DNA of 63,768 bases, counting the filler, from Welwitschia mirabilis (Eukaryota): NCBI GenBank assembly GCA_051453625.1. It is 6 parts of one record of this genome, joined end to end, with 100 filler letters (N's around TTAATTAATTAA, not from the genome) between each part and the next. Parts side by side here need not be neighbours in the genome. Positions count along the whole stretch, not along the records: positions 28,808 to 44,453 come from JBOZIK010000001.1; positions 44,554 to 57,393 come from JBOZIK010000001.1; 4 more parts are not named here. One strand, written 5' to 3'. Shown piece after piece: positions 41,401 to 53,370 of the stretch (within the stretch, counting starts at the first letter, position 1; each line of letters starts with the position of its first letter). The notes under the pieces were generated by a model. That model was not told where the DNA came from. It worked only from the letters and a program-made list of their open reading frames with translations, and searched no databases. Position numbers and translations under genes: made by a program.

Positions 41401-44300
41401 CTTTACTAAATCCAAATAAAGTTAAGAAAGATTATAAGGTAGTGACAAGAAGTGGAAATGGTACAATTCCTCCCACCTATGAGGCTTTCACATCAAAAAG
41501 TGATAAAAATGATAAATAAGAGGACATAGAAATTTTAAAAAATCATTCTTTTCCTTTACCATTAAATAATAAAAAGAAAATTTTTTACATAAGAAACCTG
41601 CTATCGATTGGTTAGATAGATTAAATATAAATCTTGTTTTTAATGATTATGTAAAAACCGTAATGAAAAATATGAGTATCAACTTACCATTTTGGAAACT
41701 TTTTCAAGATAATCCTAAGTATCCTAAGTTGTGGAAAGACCTAATTCAAAGAAAGCAAACATAAAACATCTCTAGTAAAGTCTTTTTAGCTTAATCTATT
41801 AACAACTTAGTTTTACAAAAATATTTAAATTTAAGGATCTAGGGATAATAATTGTTAGTATTACTTTAGAAGAAAATCGAAGGATTAGGAAAGAATTGAT
41901 TGATGTTAGAGCTAGTGTCAACATTATGCCCTTATACATGTATTAGAGACTTGGCTTGGAAGATAGAACAGAGCCAATATAGGTGGTTTTAGAATTGTCT
42001 AATATTAAGAAATCATTAGGTATGATTAAGGATCTGGTCATTATGGTGATTATCCTTTACTTCTAGGTGGAGCATTTTGTGCAATATTCCACTGTATTAT
42101 AGATATAAGAATTGGTTTGATGAAGTGTCATTTAGAAAATAAAAAGTCTTCAATAAGAGTATTTGATGCAACTAAAAAAGATTTGGAAATTTATTTTAGT
42201 GTGAAAGAAGAAATAAGGCCAACTTTATTTGTATAGCACTATCCACTTCAGAAGAGATGATCCTTGCTTCACAAATCAACTTTGTTTAATAACTGATAAG
42301 AAGTAGATAACTTGAATGTTTTTAATGAAAATCAACTTGATTTTTACCATATAGAAATTGACCATTTTGATTTGGAGAGTAGAGAGAATGAGTCTATCAA
42401 CCGTGTGGAAGTCCAAGATCTAAGCAAAATTGAGATTTTATATTTTAATGGTGGTCATGCACTACTGATATCCGAATGATAATCTAAGATGACAAAGTTT
42501 TCTCTTGAAAATTTAATAAAAAATAAAAATCTAAACTTAAATATGAATATAAAACCTTTATTCAATGGAGTGAAATACATTTTTTTAAATAATGATCTAA
42601 ACTAATCTTTAATTATTAACAAAAATTCTTTCTCTCAATAAGAATCAAGTCTAATATCTCTTCTGCAATCTAAGATAAATGCATCTTCTTGGTCCCATCA
42701 TAATTTTATAGCCATTCTTACCTTAATTATCTAATATAAACTCTACCCTAAAAAAAACACAAAACCTATTAGATAACCCAAATGTAGGCTTAATCTAATC
42801 CTTAAGAAAGTTGTTAAAGAAAAAATCATAAAATTAATGAATGCTAGAATCATTTATGTAATAGCTGATAGTGAGTGGATTATCCCTTTATAGTAGTACC
42901 TAATAAAGGTGGAAAATGAAGGATGTGCATAGACTTGAAAAAAACTAAATAAAGTAACTAAAAAAAGACCATAGTTTTTTGCCTTTCCTTAATTAGATAC
43001 TTGATAGGATTTAGAGATATGCATTTTATTATTTTCTTGATGGATATAGTGGTTAAAACTAGGTTTGCATTACTAGTGAGGACTAAGCCAAAACTACTTT
43101 TACTTCATCTTTTGGTACTTTCACTTTTTAATGCATGCCTTTTGAACTTTGTAATGATTCTGGTACTTTTGAGTGTGCTATGATAGGTATTTTTTATAAT
43201 ATTTTAGAGGATTCAATTGAAATTTTTATGAATGACTTCTATATTTATGCTAAAAATTATGAATAAATTTTAGAATGATTAGTGAAAGTCCTTAACTATT
43301 GCATTTATAGTGGCCTACATTTGAGTTGGAAAAAAGTTTATTTCTTATAGAAAGTGGAATTGTTTTAGGTTATCATATTTTAAAAAAGAGGATTAGGATG
43401 GACTCTTCAAAAGTTGGTATTATTCAAAAAATAAATCCTCCTATAAATGTAAAATAAGTTAGATATTTTCTTGATCATTGTGTTTTTTATCATTAGTTTA
43501 TTCATGATTATGCAAATAATTGTAAACCCTTTACTCATTGCTATAGTAAGAAGCTAAATTTAAATGAAATGAATCTTGTTAGCTTGCTTTTGATAGGCTT
43601 AAACATAAACTTTCTTATGCTTCTATTATAATAAGACCCAATTGGGAAAAAGGATTTGAATTAACATGTGATGTGAATAATATTGCCATGGGTGGGGTAC
43701 TTTATCAAAAATATAGAAATGATGTAAAAGTTATATTTTACCATAGCAAATCTCTATCTAGAACTCAAATGAATTATACCACTAAAAAGAAAGAAATGTT
43801 AGCAATTATCTTTTGCATTGATACACTTAAACATTATCAGCCTTTATATAGATGTTTATACTGATAATGCTACTATCTGTTACCTCATAACTAAGAAATA
43901 TTCTAGTGCTAGATTGGTTAGATGGATCCTCCTTATGAAAGATCTTAATTTGACCATCATAGATAAATCAGGAAACCATAATTGTATTGTTTATCATTTG
44001 TCTCATCTTTCTTCTCCTCCTAATGATTATATTATTGATGATCCTTTTCTAGATGAGAAACTTTTACTATATCTTCTACTCATAATCCTCCTTTGTATGC
44101 AAATATTGTTAATTATCTTGTGACCATGAAAACACCACAACATTAAACTTATAATTAAAGCAAATTTTTTCTCTATAGAATAGGTAACTATAAATGGATA
44201 GAGCCACATTTTTACCATAGGCGTAAAGACCAAATTATGAGAAAATGCACACTTGATTGGGAAAAATCTAAAATCCTTCATCTTTATTATGGTAATATTT
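38413..44300 (+). mobile_element. Athila-like element (partial 5' LTR, PBS 39360-39377, gag-PR-RT-RH, start of IN)
   Basis: An LTR homologous to 35700-37137, the PBS TGGTACTATTGCTAGGAA, and Gypsy domain order downstream. Confidence 0.9.
40051..44290 (+). pseudogene. pol: Decayed gag-pol (gag, protease ~41890, RT ~42760-43420, RNase H ~43650-44020)
   Basis: LIDVRASVNIMP; KPIR*PKCRLN..VVKEKIIKL..IIYVIADSEW; RMCID; LDGYSG; IEIFMNDF (FMDD) at ~43216-43239; FELTCDV..AMGGVL; NYTTKKKEMLAIIF; VYTDN..ARLVRWILL. Confidence 0.93.
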
Positions 44301-44453
44301 ATGGATTTACTTTTATTCCATCCGGTCAATCCCACAAAAATCTAGTCAACCCCATGTGATGCCGTGAGTTACACAAGTCGCTTGAGTGAGAAATTTGATG
44401 ATTCCAATTTCTTATGGCTCCATATCTGATCAACCTCATCTAGGTCCGATCAA

Positions 44454-44553
44454 NNNNNNNNNNNNNNNNNNNNNNNNNNNNNNNNNNNNNNNNNNNNTTA
44501 ATTAATTAANNNNNNNNNNNNNNNNNNNNNNNNNNNNNNNNNNNNNNNNNNNN
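44454..44553. other. Artificial contig-joining linker N44-TTAATTAATTAA-N44
   Basis: Same exact 100-nt structure as at 8053. Confidence 0.97.
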
Positions 44554-44789
44554 ACTCCTTTCCATTCAATTCAGGGACACTGGTTCTCGAGGTTATAGGT
44601 CTGGTCGACCCCATCAAAAATCCAATAAACGCCTTTAGATGCAGTTTATTTTTTTATTTACTTCAAGTGCGGTTAATCACTTAAAAATTTGGTCGATCCC
44701 ATCTTAAGGTTAGATGAACTAATAGGTTTTTAATGCTTAGAAATTAATGATTTTGGTTTCCCCTTTCAACCTATAAGTAATTTAACATC

Positions 44790-45990
44790 TTTTGCACAAG
44801 ATTAGATAATGATAGGGAGAAAGTCCTCCTTATCAATAGGAACCTCCAAAACAAGTGATTCTATCATGTTCATGATTGCATTAAAAGATCATTTATATAG
44901 TTATAGCCATTGTCCATTAACTTTCTGAATCTCATTAGTCTTTAAATCTGATATCTAAATAGAGCCATTAGAATGCAATTTCTCTGTAAGATAGGGACCT
45001 AACCATTTATAAGTTAACTTGTTATTTAAAAGGTGTACTCTAGTGTTGTATAAAAGAATAAGTTAACATGATTCAAACTCTTTATGAAATATCTTTTTAT
45101 CGTGTTTGGACTTTGCTTGGGCTTTTCATCAAGGTGATCTAATTGTGCTAATCTATATTTAAGATTCTCATGAAGATCCACAAGATTAAGTTAATGAGAA
45201 GCATGTTAAGAGTTATAGCATACATCAACAGGTAAGATACAAACTTTACCCTACACAAGTTCATAAGGTGGAAAACTAAGAGAAGTATACTAAGTAGTAT
45301 AGTAAGCCCAAAAACATTGTTAAGCTTAGAAGCCTAAGATTTCTTATTAATAGACACAAGGTTTTGTAACATTTTCTTAGTACCTCTATTGGAATTTTTA
45401 ACTTGTTCATTATTCTAAGAATGATAAGCACAAGCTACTTTATGTTAAATTCTAAAGGATAAAATAAGTTTTCTAAAAAATTAATTGATAAAATAATTTT
45501 CTTAATCACTAATGATAATTCTAGAAAAATAAAATCTCTAAAAACATGAGTTCTAACAAAATTATAAACAGTTTAAGCATCATTCAAAGAAGTAGAAATG
45601 GATTTAACTCATTTAGTCACATAATCTAGAGCCACTAAAATGTAATGTTTATCAAAATAAGTGGGTGCATAGGGCTTCTAAAATTAATAATCCAATAATT
45701 AAAAGGTTTACATTCAAGAATAAGTCTAAGGGGCATCTCCTGAGAATGAACAAGGATACCATAATGCTGATAAGAATCACACCTTTTAGTAAAATCAAAA
45801 GAATTTTAAAAATATTAGACTAATAAAAACCAGAATGGAAAATTTTCATAGCTAACTTTAAATCTCTAACATTTATGAAATTCTAAGAAATACTAAAATA
45901 TAGATTTTGATTCATATCTTAAACAAATGACATAAAAGCTTAAATAACATGAACTAAGGAAAACTCCTAAATAACTTGCAATAAGAAGAA
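44790..45990 (-). pseudogene. pol: Athila-like integrase remnant
   Basis: Minus translation: CDSYQHYG..QEMPL..ILECKPFNYW, YILVALDYVTK*V, KKS*ASKLNNVFWAY..FPPYELV.GK, KLTYKWLGPY, KVNGQWL. Confidence 0.88.
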
Positions 45991-46424
45991 ATTTATAATA
46001 AAATATTAAAATAAACTTAAAAACAAGGGACAAAAGATGGAGAGAAAATTAACATTAAAAACATACTTCTCAAACATCATGGAAAGCATATGAAATGGAT
46101 GATCATATGTTATTTATTAAAAAATTAAAATTAGAGTAATTCATGTTGAAGATGATTCAACTAATGTTGACTTGAGTATACTTAACTTTAGTTTAACTTT
46201 ATATTGAATATTTCATTAATTAATTAAGATTAAATAAAGCTTAATTTTTAAAATTAATAAATAAAAGGAAAGTTGGCATTACAATAGAGAACTAAATGTT
46301 ACATAAGCTAGGCCAACATTAAATTGGGTGTTTGATGTCATAATTGAGAGGCTAATTTCACAGTTATTCTTATGTTATACTAGTGAGATCATCATTGTAT
46401 AGTAATCCTTAATGTGGCACTATA

Positions 46425-47215
46425 AAGCCTAATATTACACCTTCTCTAACATTACATTAATGACCTAATATCACACTTACCTTAATGTTGACATCATGAC
46501 TCAACATTACATACTAATCCCTAATATTGTATTATAATTTTTGATGTCACACATGCTCTCTTATTGTAATGGTAGTTCTAACTTCATATATTGGATCCTA
46601 GTTTTCTACTACAAGGTTTAATGTTAAGCTATAAAGCCTGACATCATACTAGTTATGACATCACATTGATGAGGATATCTGACATTAGACTATCAAGTCT
46701 AACATTGTAGTTTGTAAGACTTCGTACTAGTGACTACAACATTAAATAATTAAGCTTAACATCACACTCTGAGATTCAATGTTATACTATGAAGCCTAAT
46801 GTTACACTTGCTTCAACATTTCATAGTGAAACTTAATATTCCTCATGAGGTCTAACATTTCAATATAAAGTGTGTGTCATACTTACCTTAATTTTGCATT
46901 GATGGACTCGATAGCACATAATTAATTTTAATGCTTTTCAATGATACCTAACATTACACTCTAAATCTTAATGTTAAAGTTTTCATAACACCATATTATG
47001 AAGCCTTGATATTACACTTTGAAACTCAAAGTAACACTATAGATTCTAATATTGCATAGTAAAGCCTAACATCATACTTTTTCAACATTACCTATTACAT
47101 ATTGACATCATACCATGAGGCCTAATGTTACACTTGACCTAACATTATAATGTAAATTTCTGATGTCATACAAAGAAGTCCAACATTACACTATGGAGCT
47201 TAACATCACACTTAT
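46425..47215. repeat. Degenerate ~19-21-bp minisatellite (consensus ~GCCTAACATYACACTATGAA)
   Basis: More than 25 recurrences of an (C)TAACATTACACT/TGACATCATACT core at roughly 20-bp spacing. Confidence 0.75.
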
Positions 47216-50200
47216 ATTTCCATTATTACATTTAAATCTTTTATGTTAATTTAAGCATCTTAATTTCTAGGATTTCTTTGGACCTCTTATAATAACTATA
47301 ATGGTTAGTTTAATTACATAACATCATATTAGTCATCTAATTAACTTAAATGGAAAATAATATAAGCTAGTTTAGGTTGTTTCATATGTGGATTTAAGAA
47401 GAAATAAAATGACTAAAGAGTTATGAAAGAAAGAGTAAATACTCTAATTTAACATTGAATATTAGTTCTATATCTTTCACTTTTAAACTAAATATCATTT
47501 TTGAAAGCTATATGGAAATCACATAGAACTTACTAATAATATTACTAATCTCCTATACCATTAGAAATTTGAATCCTAGGATCTGGTCATTTAGGATATC
47601 TAATAAAAACTAGAAGATCACTAAAATTACATCTTTAACATTAACATAGTCAATAAATTCTATAGTTGATATTCATTAATTTAGAGGTCAACTTCTAATA
47701 CTTCTTATTTAGCTTCATGATCCTACATAGGAGAACTAGAAGAATAGTAAGTTAGTAAAGATGATTTATCTTTAATTTCATAAAGGAAGAGCTAGTACTA
47801 ATAAGAAAGTTATGGCATGATGTTGTAATGCTAACTTGATCTATTTAATACACTTGTGAAGTATAGTTTTAAGTCCTATTAATAGTTTTTTATAAGAATT
47901 TATGTAAATTATATAATACTTCCATACAAGTTAAAAGATGTAGCAATTTCCCAAATAAGAAGCCATTTTTGAATGATGAAGAACCAAAGCCATGTGATGA
48001 AGATATATTGGTCGTCCTCCATGTCATGGGGATGACAGAGAGGATGATAATCAAAAAAGTATGTTTGTCCTTTGTGTCATGGGGATGATGATTGGAATGA
48101 CAATTAGTGTTTTTAACACATGCTAATCATTAATTAGCTGATGGAGTATCATCCTCTATGTTATGGAGATAATGCCAGGGATGACCATTAAAATAATTTG
48201 TAAAGTTAATCAAATTATTATAAAAGAATGGATCTAACTTTAAACCTGTTTATTTTACACCCTTTAGCCACTTATTCTAATATATAAATAGATCCTTTTA
48301 GACCCTATTCAAAATCATCTTTTACATCTACATTCTTGTGACAATTGGAAATTAAAGGTGAGAAGATTCATTCTACTTATGAGAAGGACCACCTTGGTAT
48401 TAGACAGTGAATCTTTNNNNNNNNNNNNNNNNNNNNNNNNNNNNNNNNNNNNNNNNNNNNNNNNNNNNNNNNNNNNNNNNNNNNNNNNNNNNNNNNNNNN
48501 NNNNNNNNNNNNNNNNNNNNNNNNNNNNNNNNNNNNNNNNNNNNNNNNNNNNNNNNNNNNNNNNNNNNNNNNNNNNNNNNNNNNNNNNNNNNNNNNNNNN
48601 NNNNNNNNNNNNNNNNNNNNNNNNNNNNNNNNNNNNNNNNNNNNNNNNNNNNNNNNNNNNNNNNNNNNNNNNNNNNNNNNNNNNNNNNNNNNNNNNNNNN
48701 NNNNNNNNNNNNNNNNNNNNNNNNNNNNNNNNNNNNNNNNNNNNNNNNNNNNNNNNNNNNNNNNNNNNNNNNNNNNNNNNNNNNNNNNNNNNNNNNNNNN
48801 NNNNNNNNNNNNNNNNNNNNNNNNNNNNNNNNNNNNNNNNNNNNNNNNNNNNNNNNNNNNNNNNNNNNNNNNNNNNNNNNNNNNNNNNNNNNNNNNNNNN
48901 NNNNNNNNNNNNNNNNNNNNNNNNNNNNNNNNNNNNNNNNNNNNNNNNNNNNNNNNNNNNNNNNNNNNNNNNNNNNNNNNNNNNNNNNNNNNNNNNNNNN
49001 NNNNNNNNNNNNNNNNNNNNNNNNNNNNNNNNNNNNNNNNNNNNNNNNNNNNNNNNNNNNNNNNNNNNNNNNNNNNNNNNNNNNNNNNNNNNNNNNNNNN
49101 NNNNNNNNNNNNNNNNNNNNNNNNNNNNNNNNNNNNNNNNNNNNNNNNNNNNNNNNNNNNNNNNNNNNNNNNNNNNNNNNNNNNNNNNNNNNNNNNNNNN
49201 NNNNNNNNNNNNNNNNNNNNNNNNNNNNNNNNNNNNNNNNNNNNNNNNNNNNNNNNNNNNNNNAGCTTATCTTAATTGCAATTTAAGTGATATAAATTTT
49301 TAATTAAAATAGTTTACAAGGATCAATCTAACTGACAGTAGATTGGAAGTTTAATTAATTCATTGCATTAGAATTGCATTTATTACATTGCATTTCATTC
49401 CATTACATTGCATTCCATCTTAATCTTGAATTATTTAGTTTTATTTCCTTTAAAGCAAAATTCTAAAAATATATCATTCTTCCCTTTATCAAATTAATGT
49501 TTCAAATTCTCTTGTAAAAGTTTTCTCTAAGTGTATGACATTTGGATTGGTCCTACTATACAAATGTGTATTGTGTGCAATTAGAATATTAGCTTTTTAG
49601 ATATTACAAGTTAAATTTAATCTTTAGAATATTAGAATTNNNNNNNNNNNNNNNNNNNNNNNNNNNNNNNNNNNNNNNNNNNNNNNNNNNNNNNNNNNNN
49701 NNNNNNNNNNNNNNNNNNNNNNNNNNNNNNNNNNNNNNNATTGTGTGCAATTAGAATATTAGCTTTTTAGATATTACAAGTTAAATTTAATCTTTAGAAT
49801 ATTAGAATTAGAAACACAAATACACATCACAACATTTTGGCATCATTGCTAGGGAAGATTTTAAGAGAAAAGGAAGATTGTCATTACTCAAGTAAGTACT
49901 TTGAAATAATTTCAATTTATTTATTTGAGTAGTATTGTATTTTATCCTCTTGGATTTACTTGCAATTGCTTAATTATCTTTTGATCTACAAGTAATTGTT
50001 TAATTATCCATTTGGAGTGTACTTTAATTTTTTTCTTGCAAATTGTAATTTTTATTTCTTGTAATTTTTTTTCTTTACTTTCAAGTGTAACTTTAAGAAT
50101 CCATATTTCAATTCATCAATCTATTAGGTCTACCACCCACACTTTGTATGATCTTGAGGATTACCACATTGATTATTATTTGCAATAAACTTGGTCTATA

Positions 50201-50600
50201 CTTTTTGGTTCACGTGATCTGAGTGATTTCCATATTTATTTATATATCCTACTACTTGCACCTTTGAGTGATCTTAGAGATTGATACCACTTGAATGTAA
50301 AGAAGTTTGTTTAATATAAATTAATCTTACAAGATAATGGTAAATAGCAGTAAAGACAAATACACTTGTGAAAAACATTTCCTTGATGAAGTAATCAAAG
50401 AAGGTTTGCTGAACTTTAATTCAAGAACTTGAGGTAAGAAAGAAAAATTTAATTCTTTAATTCAGTAAAATGATTATTATACATTTACTATTTCTTGTTT
50501 GCATGCTCATGAGTCTTTGAAAATTTCTAAAAATCAACCAAATTCTACTAAGAATCTTGTCTCTTCTCTTTTTCCCAATCATCTTAGTACTCTTACCTCT

Positions 50601-53050
50601 ATGCCATCTAATAAATCTTATAATTCAAATGTCACTTTAAAGTATATGTTAGCCAACAAGAATAGGGATCTTCAAAACCCATTTGACCTACCCCCTGAAG
50701 ATGATGTAGAGTTAAAAAACTTGAATGCCTATCCTATCTTTCCTGAAGAACCTAATGAAGACCCATTCCAACACATAACTAATATTAAACAACTCATTTT
50801 TACTTCAAGAAATGGGAAAATAAAATTTCAAATAGGATCTACTAGATAATCTTTTATTTATCTTAAAATGAAAAGCAAAAAATTGGCTTAAAACCATTCC
50901 CCATAGAAGTCTTAAGTCATGTAATTATGTATAAGAAGTTTTTATCAAATGGTTCATAAATGAGACAGTAATGAGGATAAGAAGAAGAGAAGTAAAAAAT
51001 TTTCAAAAATACCCTCATGAATATTATGCCTTAACATATGAAATATTCTTGATTGTTGTGTCATTCAACCCAGTGAATGAGTTTGAAAAATAAAAACTTA
51101 CTAATACACTTTTATAGTGGATTGAATAGTCAAACCAAACAAATGATAAATTTTTCATGTGAGGGATATTTATTCACTTTAACCTTAGATAATGCTTTGA
51201 ACTTGTTATAAGACCTTGTATAAAGAAGTTAGAATTGGCCAAAAAACACATGTAAAGATACTAGAGCTAGAGGTGAAATGCTTAGAAAATCAGAAAAACT
51301 ACAACATGAAGAAGAACAATCAAAGTTCAACACCCTACTTAGTGATCTTACTAGCATATTGTAGAGTTATACAAAAACTCTAATTGATGAAAAATTACTA
51401 AATCAACTCAACCATTGTGAAATATGTGATGCAAACTATCACTCTACCAAGAAATGCCTAGCTTTACCAACTTGTAAAAAGGCCATATTCAATAAAGTTT
51501 ATGCATTTAATCAAAGACCAAATAAATTTGGAGATAACCAAAAATATTCACCAAGCAATGATGAACCTTCAACATCTTTCCAACCTTCATTTAATAATAA
51601 ATTTAGAAGTCATAACTCTCAGCCTAATGTTTTCAACTATAATAAAAATTAACCTTATAGAGAAATAATGGAGGAACTCAAAAAGACACAAGATACCACT
51701 AAAGAGATATTAGAAAATTAAAATAAAAATTTATAAAATTTGATTGACCTTTTTTATCAAAACATGTTAGGAAAACAAAGACCTCAAATATCACTTGCCA
51801 CTCAAACTATTCCAAATACAAATAATGTAAAGAAAGATTGAAAAGTAGTAACTAAAAGTGGACGTAATACTACTCCTTCTGACAAACCTTTAACTTCTAT
51901 CTATAAAGAAAGACCTAAAGAAGATGATATTGAAATTCTTGATCAATTAAACTTTTCTAAATCTAATAATAATAACCAACATCCCAAGGAGAAGGCTACC
52001 CCATAGCTAGAAATATTAAACAACAATCCAACTTATGATGAGTGGTTAAAAACAGTTATGAATGATTTTATTATCAATCTATCCTTTTGGAAAATCATTT
52101 AATACAACTCCAAGTACAAAAAAATTTGAAAGAACTTAGTAAAAAGAAAATGAAAAAGAGTAATTCCAAGTAAAGTATTCATTGCACAATCTCTTTGCAA
52201 GTTAGTTTCTCAAAAATATCCTAAGTTTAAAGATCCAAGGGCAACCACTATTGGTATTATTTGGGAATAAAAAAGAAAATTAAGAAATCCTAATAAACAT
52301 AGGAGAAATTATCAATATTATGCCTTTTCACATTTGTGAAAAAACTTGGATTAGAAGGTAGAATTAAACCTACTAAAATTGTATTGGAATTGGCTGATGC
52401 ATCAATTAAGAAACCTATAAGAGTAATCAAAGATTTAGTGATTCAAATAGAAGAATCTTTCTACCCTATAGATGTGGTAATTATAGAGGTGAAACATAAT
52501 GGCAGATATCCTCTACTTTTAGGAAGAGCCTTTTGTTAAATAGCCTCTTGTGTCATTGATACTCACACAGGGATGATGGAATGTCATAGAGGTAATAAAA
52601 AGTTTAGTATTAGAGTATTTGATGCTGATGAGAAAGACATTAAATATGAATTAGACATAGAAGAAAATGTTAGGTCATCCATGTTAGTTTAACATCATCC
52701 TTTAGAAGAAAGACTCCTTTCATTACATAAGTCTATCTTGTTAAAGGATGAGGAAGAATCTTCTATTATCTCCTTGTAGCCTCAATCCAGATCTTTTAAA
52801 CCACTCTTTCAATAATGATTTTCATAAGGACTTTAAACCCATATTTAACCATGATATTTAACATGTAAGATCCATTAAAAATCTTTTACATCAAGATGGG
52901 TGTTCTACAATTATGAAGCATGAAAATAATCTTTAACTTAAAGACTTATCTAATGGTTTGAAATACATTTTCTTAAATCATAATCCTCATAATCCATTAA
53001 TCATTAGTTCTTAACTTTACCCTTTCCCAGAAAAATCCCTAATTAATCTT
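50601..53050 (+). pseudogene. gag: Decayed gag-protease
   Basis: NVTLKYML..NPFDLPPEDDVELKNLNAYPIFPEEPNEDPFQHI; CEICDANYHSTKKC; KFKDPR; INIMP..KKLGLEGRIKPTKIVLELADASIKKP..FYPIDVVI..PLLLGRAF. Confidence 0.9.
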
Positions 53051-53059
53051 GTTATTAAG

Positions 53060-53370
53060 GATGAAATTACTAGAATTATAGACATAGGTTAAATTATGCT
53101 TTTGCATAACACTCGAGTACATCCTATACATAATAAATTGACCTCTCAATGGCTCAGTCCTTATTGTGTGGAAAGGATACATTCTAATGGCTTTGTTGAG
53201 ATCTCCAATCTTCAAACTCAAGACATCCAAAGAGTAAATGGACAAAGTTTAAAACTTTATACATCTTTAGATGATTGTTATTATACCTTAAACATGATAG
53301 AAGTAATTAATTTGGAATATCTTCTTTGCAAAAAGAAAGATCTTCCCTTGGCCATCTACTATTTGTTATT
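53060..53370 (+). pseudogene. pol: Integrase C-terminal tail (GPY/F module) only
   Basis: LLHNTRVHPIHNKLTSQWLSPY..HSNGFVEI..QRVNGQSLKLY, directly following the pre-RT linker. Confidence 0.85.
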
